A stretch of 61,440 bases of DNA, counting the filler. It is 5 parts of 5 records of this genome, joined end to end, with 100 filler letters (N's around TTAATTAATTAA, not from the genome) between each part and the next. Parts side by side here need not be neighbours in the genome. Positions count along the whole stretch, not along the records: positions 21,371 to 46,543 come from DRR723986_12551; 4 more parts are not named here. The stretch is one strand, 5' to 3'. Shown one piece after another: positions 28,400 through 39,336 of this stretch (position 1 is the stretch's first letter; each line of letters opens with the position of its first letter). Both the position numbers and the translations under genes were made by a program. Under the pieces are notes generated by a model. It made no database searches. It saw nothing but the letters and a program-made list of their open reading frames with translations, and had not been told where the DNA came from.

Positions 28400-29854
28400 C
28401 TATCCTGATTTAACTGGTAGGTTAATTTCTAATTCCCGTATTTTTTTGCGCAAAGTATTTCGATTCAACCCCAGAAGTTCGGCAGATTTGACCTGATTAC
28501 CATTTGTGGCGCTGAGTACTTTTTGTATTAATGGCCGCTCTATTTCGCGCAAAATGCGGGTGTGTAGCCCTGGAGGCGGTAAGCCGTCTTCATGATATTC
28601 AAAATATTGGTCTAAATGCAGACGAACCGTTTGCGAAAGATTACCACCTGTTACATTCGCCATAATACTCATTGGTCCACCAGCAAGGTCTGATGTAGAT
28701 CGATCAAACTCTGCCTTAATGTCAGCCCCGTTAATTTGATCTCCTGGATGAAGAGCACAAAGCCTTCGAATTAAATTCTCCAATTCACGCACATTCCCAG
28801 GCCAATCGAAAGATTGAAGCACTTTTTTTGCGCCAGCAGTTAACGTTTTAAAAGGCAAGCCTGACTCAGTGCCTTTTTCAAGAAAATGCTCTGCAAGGTC
28901 AGGAACGTCTTCTGTTCTTTCTCTTAGTGGTGGAATTGATAGAGGAACAACATTTAATCTGAAGTATAAATCTTCGCGGAAATCACCAGAACTCACCATC
29001 GATTGCAGGTTTTTATTCGTGGCTGCTATAATTCGTACATTCGTTCGAATGCTCGATTGCCCACCAACAGTTCGATACTCGCCTTCCTGTAACACTCGCA
29101 GCAAACGGGTTTGCGCTTCTAAAGGCATGTCGCCAATTTCATCGAGGAAAAGAGTGCCGCCTTTTGCCTCACCAAAGCGACCAAGAGTACGTGTTTCCGC
29201 ACCTGTAAAAGCGCCGCGTTCGTGGCCAAATAGCTCAGATTCGATCAATTCCTTAGGAATGGCTGCCATATTGACAGGAACAAAAGGATTTTCACGGCGC
29301 GGTCCGTGGTCATGCAATGCGCGTGCTACAAGTTCTTTCCCTGTACCACTCTCACCGTGAATCAATACTGTTAGCTCCGTCTGGACTATCCGCGCCATAG
29401 CACGATAAATTTCCTGCATGGCCGGAGAACGCCCGATCAAACTATCCTGTTCGGGTTGAATACGTTGCACTGTTTGCACACTAATATTCTTAAGTGCTTT
29501 CTTAACAGTTGTAATTAACTCATCAATATCAAACGGTTTTGGTAGATATTCAAAGGCACCATTATTGGTCGCATTCATGGCTGTGGAAAGGGTGTTCTGC
29601 GCGCTCATAATGATAAATGGAAGGTCTGGGCGGTCCTTTAAAAGTGTTGGCATGGCATCTAATCCATTGCCACTAGGCATCAGCACATCTGAAATTACAA
29701 CGTCGCCCTGCCCTGACTTCACAATGCGAGAGAGCTCTGGCACATCATCAGCTTCGATAACCATCCAACCTTCTTGACGCAGCGCCTCACCGACAACAAG
29801 ACGGATGGTCATGTCATCATCCGCAACCACAATAGTTGCATTACTTTTGCTCAT
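28400..29854 (-). CDS. ntrC: Nitrogen regulation protein NtrC
   Basis: Start MSKSNATIVVADDD; GESGTGKE, ESELFGHERGAFTGA, LGLNRNTLRKKI. Confidence 0.96.
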   Translation of the reverse strand: MSKSNATIVVADDDMTIRLVVGEALRQEGWMVIEADDVPELSRIVKSGQGDVVISDVLMPSGNGLDAMPTLLKDRPDLPFIIMSAQNTLSTAMNATNNGAFEYLPKPFDIDELITTVKKALKNISVQTVQRIQPEQDSLIGRSPAMQEIYRAMARIVQTELTVLIHGESGTGKELVARALHDHGPRRENPFVPVNMAAIPKELIESELFGHERGAFTGAETRTLGRFGEAKGGTLFLDEIGDMPLEAQTRLLRVLQEGEYRTVGGQSSIRTNVRIIAATNKNLQSMVSSGDFREDLYFRLNVVPLSIPPLRERTEDVPDLAEHFLEKGTESGLPFKTLTAGAKKVLQSFDWPGNVRELENLIRRLCALHPGDQINGADIKAEFDRSTSDLAGGPMSIMANVTGGNLSQTVRLHLDQYFEYHEDGLPPPGLHTRILREIERPLIQKVLSATNGNQVKSAELLGLNRNTLRKKIRELEINLPVKSG

Positions 29855-30944
29855 TGTTTCTATCCTCAAACATAGCAAGCTGCACTTTAAACACCGCGCC
29901 ACCATCGGGTGGGTTACTTGCCGTCACTGTACCACCAAAATTACTGATATATTTCGCGACCATAGATAGGCCTAAGCCAGCTCCACCAGACTTACCTGTC
30001 ACGAACGGGTCAAACAGGTGTCCCTTAATACTCTCTGGTATACCTGGTCCATTGTCCTTAACTGAAATTTCGATGGGCAAGCGAATACGTTCACCGTCTG
30101 CGCCTCTAATCCAAATTCCATGTTTATAGGCAGTGGTCACTGTTATATCCGCGTATGGGCCTGCCGCCTCAACAGCATTTTTTACCAAATTCAAGAATAC
30201 CTGTACCAATCGGTCATAATTACCGTCTACTAAAGGTAATGACGGGTCAAATTTTGGCCGAATTGTTGCATTTTCTGCAAAACCAGCGACTGATAAATTG
30301 AGCACATGGTCCAGTACTTCATGAATATTTACGGCCTCCATATTATGTTCAACAGGAGCATTAAAGCCTTCCAAGTCGTCAACAAGATCTTTTATCCGAT
30401 CAACTTCCTTGCATATTAGTTCTGTTAAACGGAGATGCTTTTCATCTAAAGCGCGCCCCATTAACTGGGCGGCCCCCCGAATACCTGATAGAGGGTTTTT
30501 AATTTCATGGGCCAGCATTGACGCAAGGCCACTCACGGACCTTGCAGCTGCTTCCATTTCATTTTTTTTCTCTAAAAACGCAGTAATCCGACGCGGCAAT
30601 ATTGAAAGAATTGTCAATCCATCATTACCAATTGGGTTGGCGTGTAAGTCTACAAGTTCAATGTCACCAAGAGGTGGAGAACATCGAACATCATAACTAT
30701 TTAGCGGCGAATTCTCCTGGCGAGCCCGCAACACAAGTTCCAGTGCAGGTATACCAACTCCGCTAATGCTTTCAAGCGGTCTGGACAAAAGGCTTTCTCT
30801 GCTTCGACCTAAAAGCGATTCTGCGTTAGCATAAACTTTTTGTATGAGGTTTTTTTCATCAACAAGAACAACACCCTGTCGCAAACTTGCTAAAACTCGG
30901 CGTTCTTGGTCGTCTTTAACCTCAGTGTTTGCTCCATTGGCCAT
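29841..30944 (-). CDS. ntrB: Sensor histidine kinase NtrB
   Basis: PAS, LAHEIKNPLSGIRGAAQL, DNGPG..FDPFVT..GLGL. Confidence 0.95.
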   Translation of the reverse strand: MANGANTEVKDDQERRVLASLRQGVVLVDEKNLIQKVYANAESLLGRSRESLLSRPLESISGVGIPALELVLRARQENSPLNSYDVRCSPPLGDIELVDLHANPIGNDGLTILSILPRRITAFLEKKNEMEAAARSVSGLASMLAHEIKNPLSGIRGAAQLMGRALDEKHLRLTELICKEVDRIKDLVDDLEGFNAPVEHNMEAVNIHEVLDHVLNLSVAGFAENATIRPKFDPSLPLVDGNYDRLVQVFLNLVKNAVEAAGPYADITVTTAYKHGIWIRGADGERIRLPIEISVKDNGPGIPESIKGHLFDPFVTGKSGGAGLGLSMVAKYISNFGGTVTASNPPDGGAVFKVQLAMFEDRNNEQK

Positions 30945-31930
30945 TAAGCCGCCATTTGCTCACAAAGTGGCAGGTAAAACTCATTGATTTCAGCTTTAAC
31001 TTGCTCAGGATCGTCTTGACGGTTAACCGAATTTCTAAATTCAGCAGATCCATGCAACCCCTTAGTATACCAACCGATATGCTTGCGTGCGATGCGAACG
31101 GCAGCTTCAACACCATAATGGTGCAGCATGTCTTCATAGTGTTCTAGCAATGTTGCTAATTGAACATCAAGTGATGGCGGTGCAACCTTTTCACCTGTTT
31201 TGAGATACTGGATTGCCTGATTAATGAACCACGGCTTACCATATGTCCCGCGACCAATCATGATTCCATCTGCGTTGCTATCGCTAAGTGCCTGTTCTAC
31301 ATCATCAAAATTATTGATATCGCCATTAACAATAACTGGCAGTGAAACAGCTTCCTTTACCCAGCCAACCTTCTTCCAGTCGGCATGGCCCTTGTAAAAC
31401 TGACAGCGTGTTCGACCGTGGACCGCAATTAACTTAACGCCAGCCTGTTCGGCAATTTTTGCTAACTCAGGCGCATTTAAGCTATTGTCATCCCAACCAA
31501 GGCGCATCTTAAGTGTGACCGGCAATGAAACTGCATTAACTGTGGCATGAATAAGTTCACCCGCATGGTCCAGGTCCCGCATTAGGCTGGAACCAGCGTG
31601 TCCATTCACCACCTTTTTAACCGGGCACCCCATATTAATATCGATTATGGCAGCCCCTCTGTCTTCATTTAACTTGGCAGCTTGTGCCATCTTAGCGCCT
31701 TCGCAACCCGCAAGCTGAACAGACATTGGAAATTCTTCTGCGCAATTTGATGACATTTTTTGGCTTCGTTCTGTGGCCCTTATCATTGCCTCAGAAGCAA
31801 TCATTTCCGATACAACAAGCCCTGCCCCAAACCTTTTTACCAGTCGCCTAAACGGCATATCTGTTACACCAGACATTGGCGCAAGAATAACGGGGTCTAT
31901 GATTTCAACCGGACCAATGTTAATAGCCAT
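30944..31930 (-). CDS. dusB: tRNA-dihydrouridine synthase B (NifR3)
   Basis: [21 protein letters not shown]; leads the ntrBC operon. Confidence 0.95.
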   Translation of the reverse strand: MAINIGPVEIIDPVILAPMSGVTDMPFRRLVKRFGAGLVVSEMIASEAMIRATERSQKMSSNCAEEFPMSVQLAGCEGAKMAQAAKLNEDRGAAIIDINMGCPVKKVVNGHAGSSLMRDLDHAGELIHATVNAVSLPVTLKMRLGWDDNSLNAPELAKIAEQAGVKLIAVHGRTRCQFYKGHADWKKVGWVKEAVSLPVIVNGDINNFDDVEQALSDSNADGIMIGRGTYGKPWFINQAIQYLKTGEKVAPPSLDVQLATLLEHYEDMLHHYGVEAAVRIARKHIGWYTKGLHGSAEFRNSVNRQDDPEQVKAEINEFYLPLCEQMAA

Positions 31931-31953
31931 AATAGAACCTTCAATACTGTCAC

Positions 31954-31970
31954 TGCCTAATAATTAGGCA
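31954..31970. promoter_or_regulatory. Candidate NtrC-binding palindrome
   Basis: Perfect TGCCTAA-TAA-TTAGGCA (TGC-N11-GCA) between dusB-ntrBC and ispDF. Confidence 0.65.
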
Positions 31971-32016
31971 CTGCTTATGCCAGAAGTAAATTTAAAAATC
32001 TATAGAGAGATTTTTC

Positions 32017-33225
32017 ATGTCTGAGCCGACAAAAAATTTGAGAAAAATAGCCATAATAGTGGTTGCTGCGGGGCGCGGTTCGCGTGCAGGTTCAGGCGGC
32101 CCAAAACAATATCGTAGCCTTGCCGGTGAACCAGTTATTAAGCGCACTTTGGAGGCTTTTGTAAATGCTTTTAAGGGCAACCAGTATTCGCCAATAATTT
32201 TGCCAGTTATTCATGCGGAAGACGTCGCTTTGTATGGCAAGTCAGTTGAAGGGCTGTCCGGACTTCAGGAACCTGTTGTTGGCGGTGCAACACGCCAAGA
32301 GAGTGTAAAAAATGCTTTGGAGCATTTAGAAAGCACCCCACCTGATTTTGTTCTCATTCATGACGCCGCTCGTCCGTTTGCATCGGTTGAGTTGATCAAT
32401 CGTATTATCAAGCACTTAATCATTGAAGATGGTGGGGTGGTCCCTGCTTTGGCTGTTGTAGACAGTTTGGTACGGAAATCACACGCTCAAGAATATACAG
32501 CCATACCCCGAGACAATATATTTGCGGCTCAAACACCCCAGGCCTTTAAATTTCAGGATATTTTAGCTGCCCACCGCACTGCACCCCATTTAGACTTCAC
32601 TGATGATGCTTCTATTTATGCAGCAAGTGGCGGAGATATTACGGTTGTTAAGGGAGACGAACAAAATTTCAAAATCACCACACCGGAAGATTTTATAAAG
32701 GCTGAAAAACTCATGATGATTCCACAAACAGATATTAGAGTTGGATCAGGTTATGATGTTCATAAATTTGAAGCTGGGTCTTCAGTTTGGCTCTGTGGTA
32801 TAGAAATACCGTTTGATAAAAAGCTTAAGGGCCATTCAGATGCTGACGTTGCGTTGCATGCTCTTACGGACGCAGTTCTTTCTGCAATAGCAGACGGTGA
32901 CATTGGAACCCACTTTCCACCTTCTGATGATGAATGGCGAGGCGCTTCAAGCGATAAGTTTTTGTCTTTCGCTTGTGCACGTGTGCGAGAGCATGGCGGC
33001 ATGATAAACATGCTTGCCCTAACAATCATTTGCGAAGGACCCAAAATTGGCCCGCATGCCAGTGCCATGCGTGCTCGTATAGCAGAAATAGCCAATATCG
33101 ATGTTTCCAGGGTCAGCGTTCAAGCCACAACCACAGAAAAACTTGGCTTTACTGGGCGCGGTGAAGGTATTGCTGCACAGGCAACAGCGACCATTAGCTT
33201 GTCACAAGAAGGTACTAAACCATGA
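32017..33225 (+). CDS. ispDF: Bifunctional IspD/IspF
   Basis: AAGRGSR..PKQY, IHDAARP, then GYDVH, HSDADVALH, TTTEKLGFTGRGEG. Confidence 0.96.
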   Translation: MSEPTKNLRKIAIIVVAAGRGSRAGSGGPKQYRSLAGEPVIKRTLEAFVNAFKGNQYSPIILPVIHAEDVALYGKSVEGLSGLQEPVVGGATRQESVKNALEHLESTPPDFVLIHDAARPFASVELINRIIKHLIIEDGGVVPALAVVDSLVRKSHAQEYTAIPRDNIFAAQTPQAFKFQDILAAHRTAPHLDFTDDASIYAASGGDITVVKGDEQNFKITTPEDFIKAEKLMMIPQTDIRVGSGYDVHKFEAGSSVWLCGIEIPFDKKLKGHSDADVALHALTDAVLSAIADGDIGTHFPPSDDEWRGASSDKFLSFACARVREHGGMINMLALTIICEGPKIGPHASAMRARIAEIANIDVSRVSVQATTTEKLGFTGRGEGIAAQATATISLSQEGTKP

Positions 33226-33725
33226 AGCAAAGCCTTTCCGGTTGGTCAGGGCGGTTTAAGTCCGTGTCTTTTTGGTTTTCTGTCGGCCTTGGCTCCGGCC
33301 TTATTAAGCCTGCACCTGGCACATGGGGGTCTCTTCTTGCTCTGCTAATTGGGTATTTGGCTTTGAATAATAATGTTCCAATTCAAGCCTCTCTTATCGC
33401 GATTGTTGTTGTTTCACTACTTGGCACACTAGCAATAAATCAAATTGAGAAGCTTTCCGGCATTCATGATGCACCTGAAATAGTCATAGATGAAGTTGCT
33501 GGCATGTGGATTGCCCTCCTACCATTTCTCCATATCAAAATGAGCTGGATATGGCTTGCGTTAGCTTTTGGTTTGTTTCGATTCTTTGATATCACTAAGC
33601 CATGGCCGATAGGTTGGTTAGATAGACGCATTACTGGCGGTTTCGGTGTTATGATTGATGACATCGTCGCTGGTGTTTTCGCTGCTATTGGGATAGAAAT
33701 CCTCTTTCTAACCTTAATGCAGTAA
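33222..33725 (+). CDS. pgpA: Phosphatidylglycerophosphatase A
   Basis: APGTWGS, VIDEVAG, FRFFDI.KPWP, MIDDIVAG. Confidence 0.95.
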   Translation: MKQSLSGWSGRFKSVSFWFSVGLGSGLIKPAPGTWGSLLALLIGYLALNNNVPIQASLIAIVVVSLLGTLAINQIEKLSGIHDAPEIVIDEVAGMWIALLPFLHIKMSWIWLALAFGLFRFFDITKPWPIGWLDRRITGGFGVMIDDIVAGVFAAIGIEILFLTLMQ

Positions 33726-33735
33726 GGCTGATCTA

Positions 33736-34725
33736 TTGATTGACAAAATTAGAGTTTCTAGTGCCGCTATGTTCCCAGGTATAGCCGTTGCGGCTACTTT
33801 GGGTCTTGCGGCAAGTTTTCTCGGCGAACATTACGGCGCACCAACAATGCTATTTGCACTTCTTTTAGGAATGGCCCTTAATTTTCTTTATGAAAATGAG
33901 AAGGCTATTCCGGGTATTAACTTTGCCGGTTGTGAAATTTTACGCACCGGTGTGGCGCTTTTGGGCCTCCGTATCGCACTTGATGACGTTATGGCGGTTG
34001 GATGGGAATCTTTAGCACTAATAGCTATGGGCATAGCCACAACCATAGGGTTAGGCGTAGTTCTGGCTCGTGCGCTTGGCTTTAAAGCAGTATTTGGCGG
34101 GCTTACCGGTGGCGCCGTTGCAATTTGCGGGGCTTCAGCAGCAATGGCGCTTTCGGCTGTTTTGCCTGACGGTAAAGACAAAGAGCAAAATACCATATTC
34201 GCCGTTATTGGCGTAACGGCGCTCTCAACATTAGCTATGATTTTTTATCCGATGGTAAGCGGTGCTTTAGAATTAAGCGACAGTGAAGCAGGTTTGTTTC
34301 TTGGCGGTACAATTCATGATGTGGCACAGGTTGTTGGTGCAGGCTACTCAATATCTGAGCCCACTGGCGATACAGCAACTTTAGTGAAGTTAATTCGTGT
34401 TGCTTTTCTGGTTCCGGTTGTTTTTATATTTGCGCTTGTTTTTAGAAGTAAAAATGTTGGTGAAACACGCAGCAAAATATTCCCTATTTTTCTGCTTGGG
34501 TTTGCCTTTTTTGTTTTACTGAACAGCTTTGTTGCTCTGCCTGAACAGGCAAAAGAATTTCTTATTGCAGCTTCTCGTTTTATGTTGGTGACAGCAATTG
34601 CGGCAATCGGCTTAAAGTCTAATTTGCGCGAACTGGCCAAAGTTGGTCTAAAGCCTATTTTATTAATGGTTTCAGAAACCGTTTGGATCGCAGCCATAAT
34701 ACTGGGGTATTTGGTTGCCTTTTAG
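33736..34725 (+). CDS. YeiH/UPF0324 (putative sulfate exporter) family membrane protein
   Basis: [36 protein letters not shown]. Confidence 0.9.
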   Translation: MIDKIRVSSAAMFPGIAVAATLGLAASFLGEHYGAPTMLFALLLGMALNFLYENEKAIPGINFAGCEILRTGVALLGLRIALDDVMAVGWESLALIAMGIATTIGLGVVLARALGFKAVFGGLTGGAVAICGASAAMALSAVLPDGKDKEQNTIFAVIGVTALSTLAMIFYPMVSGALELSDSEAGLFLGGTIHDVAQVVGAGYSISEPTGDTATLVKLIRVAFLVPVVFIFALVFRSKNVGETRSKIFPIFLLGFAFFVLLNSFVALPEQAKEFLIAASRFMLVTAIAAIGLKSNLRELAKVGLKPILLMVSETVWIAAIILGYLVAF

Positions 34726-34733
34726 AGATTAGC

Positions 34734-35225
34734 ATGAATATTGAAACAAAAAACCTAGCTACAGAAGTGCTAGTCGCTGCGCGAAACAATGGTTTTAAAA
34801 TTGCCGCTGCAGAGAGTTGTACCGGTGGCCTGATCTCAGGCGCGCTAACCGCCATTGCTGGTTCATCAGATGTATTTGACCGCGGTTTTGTAACCTATTC
34901 CAATGAAGCAAAAATGCAGATGCTGGGCGTTAGCCACGCAACGTTAGAACAGGTTGGCGCTGTGTCGGAGGCTGTTGCAAAAGAAATGGCTTATGGAGCA
35001 CTAGTTAATTCGATGGCTGATATCGCGGTTTCCGTAACAGGCGTAGCTGGCCCTGGAGGCGGCACGCCAGAAAAACCCGTCGGAACCGTTTGTTTCGGTA
35101 TTGCACAATTGGGGTGTGAGCCTATTTCTGAAAGAATTTTATTTGACGAGGAAGGCCGAACGGAAATCAGGGTTTTGACAGTAAGTCATGCACTTAAAAT
35201 GTTGCTAAACACATTAAATAATTAG
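34734..35225 (+). CDS. cinA: CinA C-terminal / PncC-family NMN deamidase
   Basis: [36 protein letters not shown]. Confidence 0.92.
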   Translation: MNIETKNLATEVLVAARNNGFKIAAAESCTGGLISGALTAIAGSSDVFDRGFVTYSNEAKMQMLGVSHATLEQVGAVSEAVAKEMAYGALVNSMADIAVSVTGVAGPGGGTPEKPVGTVCFGIAQLGCEPISERILFDEEGRTEIRVLTVSHALKMLLNTLNN

Positions 35226-35653
35226 CCGTAAAGCTCATAGGCTCTTGCCTCAAAGGCATCGATCATTCGTTCTGATGCTTCCGCTAACATCTTTCCAATC
35301 ATCTGTTCCAAGACACGGTTGTGAAATTCAAAGTCAACTTCAAAGCTAATGTGACATCCGCCCTGCTCGGAAGGCGTAAAATGCCAGTGATTGTATAAGC
35401 GTTTCATGGGGCCGGCGATATAATCCACTTCCACACGACTGGCTTCTTGCAGCAATACGCGTGAGGTAAATTTTTCACGAAACATCTTAAAGCCAATAAT
35501 CACATCTGCGTCAAACTGATCTGTTTTGCGATTATAAATACGAGCCCCAACACACCACGGTAAAAACTCAGGATAGCGTCCAACATCCGAAACCAAATCA
35601 AACATTTGCTGTTGACTATAGGGTAATAGCTTCTTTTCAGAGAGATAAGCCAT
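35222..35653 (-). CDS. ratA: RatA/COQ10 START-domain protein
   Basis: Start [24 protein letters not shown]. Confidence 0.9.
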   Translation of the reverse strand: MAYLSEKKLLPYSQQQMFDLVSDVGRYPEFLPWCVGARIYNRKTDQFDADVIIGFKMFREKFTSRVLLQEASRVEVDYIAGPMKRLYNHWHFTPSEQGGCHISFEVDFEFHNRVLEQMIGKMLAEASERMIDAFEARAYELYG

Positions 35654-35708
35654 ATAGTTATATGGTCCATGTTGTTTGTTATAATTTATAATCAGCGAAA
35701 ATATCGGG

Positions 35709-36521
35709 CTACAAACGTTCAATAAAAATAACGGCAAATGCAACAACTGTTGTAACGACTAACACACTCAATAGATATAATAGTGCTGACGCAATCGCAC
35801 CGATGCTCGCCAGAAGCCAGCTAATATTAAAAAATGTACGCGCACCCATCAAAAACAACATCATTGTAATTAAGTTTTTGGGGATTGAGCTATAAATATT
35901 TAACGCATATTCAAGCGGAATAAAGAGCGCTCCATATAAAAAACCCATACCTGAAACAAAACATATGAAGGTGAAGGTTTCTGCGTAATTGCGATCGGTC
36001 CACCAAAATATCCATCTTATGAGAAAAGTAAGAAGGGGAATGACCAATAAAATGACAAGGTCCATTCGAGAGGCAACTGTTTCAGTTACTGCTATGGACA
36101 TAGCTTCCGACAGGCTATCGATATCCGTATTGCCGGTCAAAACAGGCTGGTAAGCGCGACTGGCAATCTCAAGCTGTGCTCCGCTAAGCACCATCAAGCC
36201 TATGTAAATAGTGAACGTTACTAGAAGAAACCGTATCGGGTTTAAGTAACTAGCGCGCGTACCATTTATATATTCTAACGAGACCCTTCCTGGGTTTCGC
36301 AGCAATTTTCGCAACGTACCCCAAAGTGTTCCATCAGATTCGGTTAAAGCTTCAAATAGTTGAGAAAAAAGTGTTGCTGTATTTAACCTACCTTCAACAT
36401 GTTTTTGTCCACATATATGACAATATTGACCAACGCGATCTGACTTGCAGTTTCGACACTGCGCCGTGTTCCCTGGAACTAAGTTAGCGTTAACATCCAT
36501 ACAACTGGTGTAGCGACCCAT
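35709..36521 (-). CDS. DUF3667-like membrane protein with N-terminal zinc ribbon
   Basis: CRNC..GQYCHICGQ, PG....EYING.R..Y..P.R, several TM helices. Confidence 0.8.
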   Translation of the reverse strand: MGRYTSCMDVNANLVPGNTAQCRNCKSDRVGQYCHICGQKHVEGRLNTATLFSQLFEALTESDGTLWGTLRKLLRNPGRVSLEYINGTRASYLNPIRFLLVTFTIYIGLMVLSGAQLEIASRAYQPVLTGNTDIDSLSEAMSIAVTETVASRMDLVILLVIPLLTFLIRWIFWWTDRNYAETFTFICFVSGMGFLYGALFIPLEYALNIYSSIPKNLITMMLFLMGARTFFNISWLLASIGAIASALLYLLSVLVVTTVVAFAVIFIERL

Positions 36522-36566
36522 TGATCATCTGGTCAATTAATTTCATAAACACAAGGGTAGTATTGG

Positions 36567-37484
36567 CTACATAGTTTTTAACGCGAGTTTCTTTTCACGC
36601 GCAGCGCGCAGTTTGGCGAAGTCATCGCCAGCGTGATAGCTGGACCGTGTGAGCGGCGTTGCTGAAACCAGTAAAAAGCCTTTTCCTTTCGCCATGCGTT
36701 CGTAGGTTTTGAATTCATCTGGGGTCACGAACCGTTCAACCTTGGCATGACGCTGGGTTGGCTGCAGATACTGTCCGATTGTCATGAAATCAATATCCGC
36801 CATCCGCATGTCGTCCATAACCTGGCTAACCTCAAGGCGGTCTTCCCCTAAGCCAACCATAATGCCGGACTTTGTGAAAATGGACGAATCAATTTGTTTG
36901 ACGGTATCTAATAACCGGAGTGAGTGGTAAAAACGTGCTCCTGGCCGAATTTTCGGGTAGAGCCGTGGCACAGTTTCCAAGTTGTGGTTAAATACATCAG
37001 GCTTTGCCAAAGCAACAGTTTCAATTGCTCCAGGCTTATTCCTGAAATCTGGTGTCAATATCTCAATTGTGGTGTTTGGACTCATTTCACGGATGGCTTT
37101 AATAACCTTTACAAATTGGTCTGCGCCGCCGTCTGGAAGGTCATCACGGTCCACCGACGTGATAACGATGTGATTTAAACCCATGGCAGCACAAGCCTCG
37201 GCGGTGTGCATAGGCTCTTTGGGGTCAACCGCCATTGGGCGACCGGTTTTAATGTTGCAGAAGGCACAAGCGCGGGTACAGGTGTCGCCCAATATCATAA
37301 CGGTTGCATGTTTTTTAGACCAGCACTCGCCGATGTTCGGGCACGCTGCTTCTTCGCACACTGTATGAAGGTTTTTATCACGCATTAGTTTGCGCGTTGC
37401 CTGATACTCACGGCTAACCGGCGCTTTCACCCGTATCCATTTAGGCTTGCGCTGAAACTGTTGATTGTCTTCTGGTTTGTTCAT
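36567..37484 (-). CDS. lipA: Lipoyl synthase
   Basis: [26 protein letters not shown]. Confidence 0.97.
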   Translation of the reverse strand: MNKPEDNQQFQRKPKWIRVKAPVSREYQATRKLMRDKNLHTVCEEAACPNIGECWSKKHATVMILGDTCTRACAFCNIKTGRPMAVDPKEPMHTAEACAAMGLNHIVITSVDRDDLPDGGADQFVKVIKAIREMSPNTTIEILTPDFRNKPGAIETVALAKPDVFNHNLETVPRLYPKIRPGARFYHSLRLLDTVKQIDSSIFTKSGIMVGLGEDRLEVSQVMDDMRMADIDFMTIGQYLQPTQRHAKVERFVTPDEFKTYERMAKGKGFLLVSATPLTRSSYHAGDDFAKLRAAREKKLALKTM

Positions 37485-37545
37485 TATATTTCTACTCTAA
37501 ACCGGAGGGCCAAAAATCCCAAATTTTAGCAGATCGCATCACGCG

Positions 37546-38943
37546 TTAAATATGAATGGCGCGCCCATAGGCGTCTAACACACTTTCATGCATCATTTCG
37601 CTTAGTGTTGGGTGTGGGAACACTGTATGCATCAGCTCTTTTTCTGTGGTCTCCAGCGTGCGCCCAACTGTATAGCCCTGGATCATTTCTGTAACCTCTG
37701 CCCCCACCATGTGCGCGCCCAGTAACTCGCCTGTTTTCTTATCAAAAACAGTTTTCACAAGGCCTTCAGGTTCGCCGAGGGCAACAGCTTTACCGTTGCC
37801 GATGAAGGGGAAGTTCCCCACACGTACGTCATATCCGGCTTCCTTTGCCTTCGCTTCAGTGAGGCCAACTGAAGCAATCTGGGGCCTGCAATAGGTACAG
37901 CCCGGCATGTTGCCCTTGTCCATAGGATGCAGGTCTTTCAGCCCAGCGATTTTCTCTACAGCAATAATGGCTTCATGCGAAGCCTTGTGTGCAAGCCACG
38001 GCGCACCTGTTACGTCACCAATGGCCCAAATGCCATCAACGCCTGTAAAACCCCAAGCGTCTGTTACAATATGGCCTCGGTCAGTTTTTACGCCCACACC
38101 TTCCAGGCCAAGGTCTTCAATGTTGCCAGTAATTCCTATGGCCAGAATAACCCGATCTACGGTAATTTCTTCCTTCTTGCCCTTGGTTTCTACAACGCAA
38201 GTGACAGTATTTTTGCCCGTCTTCAATTCAGTAACTGAAGCACCTGTTTTCAGGGTCATTCCCTGTTTTTTGAAGGATTTTGCCGCAAATTTTGAAATGT
38301 CTTCATCTTCCACTGGCAGCACGCGGTCCATCATTTCTACGACTGTCACGTCAGAGCCCAGTTCATTGAAGAAGCTGGCAAACTCAATACCAATGGCGCC
38401 AGAACCTATCACCAATAGCTTTTTAGGCATTGTGTTGGGTGCGAGAGCATGCTTGTAGGTCCAAACTAACTCACCGTCTGCTTTAAGGTGCGGGAGTTCA
38501 CGCGCCCGAGCGCCAGTTGCCAGCATAATGTTTTTGGCTAAATACTCGGTGATTTTACCGGCCTTGTCTGTGACGGCAACTTTGCCTTGTGCGGCAATTT
38601 TTGCTGCACCATCAATATGCGTCACTTTATTCTTTTTCAAAAGCATACCGATGCCGCCATTCATTTGTGCGGCAACACCGCGGCTTCGCTTTACAATAGC
38701 ATCAAGGTCATACTCTACCGTTGGTATTTTAAGGCCGAAACTCTCGGCATTTTTCGCAAGATGGAAAACTTCGGCAGAGCGCAATAGAGCCTTGGTTGGA
38801 ATACAGCCCCAATTTAGGCAAATACCACCCAAATGCTCTCGCTCAATACAAGCTACATTCATGCCCAACTGTGCTGCACGAATAGCAGCAACATATCCGC
38901 CGGGGCCGCCGCCAACTACGATTAAATCAAATGTTTCACTCAT
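37546..38943 (-). CDS. lpdA: Dihydrolipoyl dehydrogenase (E3)
   Basis: GGGPGGY, GGICLNWGCIPTK, HPTLSE. Confidence 0.97.
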   Translation of the reverse strand: MSETFDLIVVGGGPGGYVAAIRAAQLGMNVACIEREHLGGICLNWGCIPTKALLRSAEVFHLAKNAESFGLKIPTVEYDLDAIVKRSRGVAAQMNGGIGMLLKKNKVTHIDGAAKIAAQGKVAVTDKAGKITEYLAKNIMLATGARARELPHLKADGELVWTYKHALAPNTMPKKLLVIGSGAIGIEFASFFNELGSDVTVVEMMDRVLPVEDEDISKFAAKSFKKQGMTLKTGASVTELKTGKNTVTCVVETKGKKEEITVDRVILAIGITGNIEDLGLEGVGVKTDRGHIVTDAWGFTGVDGIWAIGDVTGAPWLAHKASHEAIIAVEKIAGLKDLHPMDKGNMPGCTYCRPQIASVGLTEAKAKEAGYDVRVGNFPFIGNGKAVALGEPEGLVKTVFDKKTGELLGAHMVGAEVTEMIQGYTVGRTLETTEKELMHTVFPHPTLSEMMHESVLDAYGRAIHI

Positions 38944-38966
38944 AATTCATACTCGTCTCTATTCGA

Positions 38967-39326
38967 CTAAATCGTGTCGTGGTTTTCTTTTCGAAGCGGG
39001 TTGTCAACGCCGCCTGTGTGGTCTGTGCCTGCGTCTTCAATTATCATGACACTGGCCCCAGATGCTGTATGAGGGCGATGTTCGACACTTTTTGGAACAA
39101 CAAGCATTTCACCAGCTTTTAAGGTTACCTCGCGGTCACGAAACTCAATGTTTAAAACGCCTTCAATAACCAAAAACATCTCATCTTGGTTGTCGTGCTG
39201 ATGCCAGATAAAATCACCGTCTAGTTTGGCCAAATATACCTGATGGCCATCTATTTGAGAAATCACCTTTGGTGTCCAGGTATCGTCAAAAAGGCCAAGT
39301 TTTTCTTTTATATTGATGACATCCAT
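38967..39326 (-). CDS. Cupin domain protein
   Basis: Start MDVINIKEK; FIWHQHDNQDEMF and VPKSVEHRP cupin motifs. Confidence 0.88.
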   Translation of the reverse strand: MDVINIKEKLGLFDDTWTPKVISQIDGHQVYLAKLDGDFIWHQHDNQDEMFLVIEGVLNIEFRDREVTLKAGEMLVVPKSVEHRPHTASGASVMIIEDAGTDHTGGVDNPLRKENHDTI

Positions 39327-39336
39327 GACTGCACCT

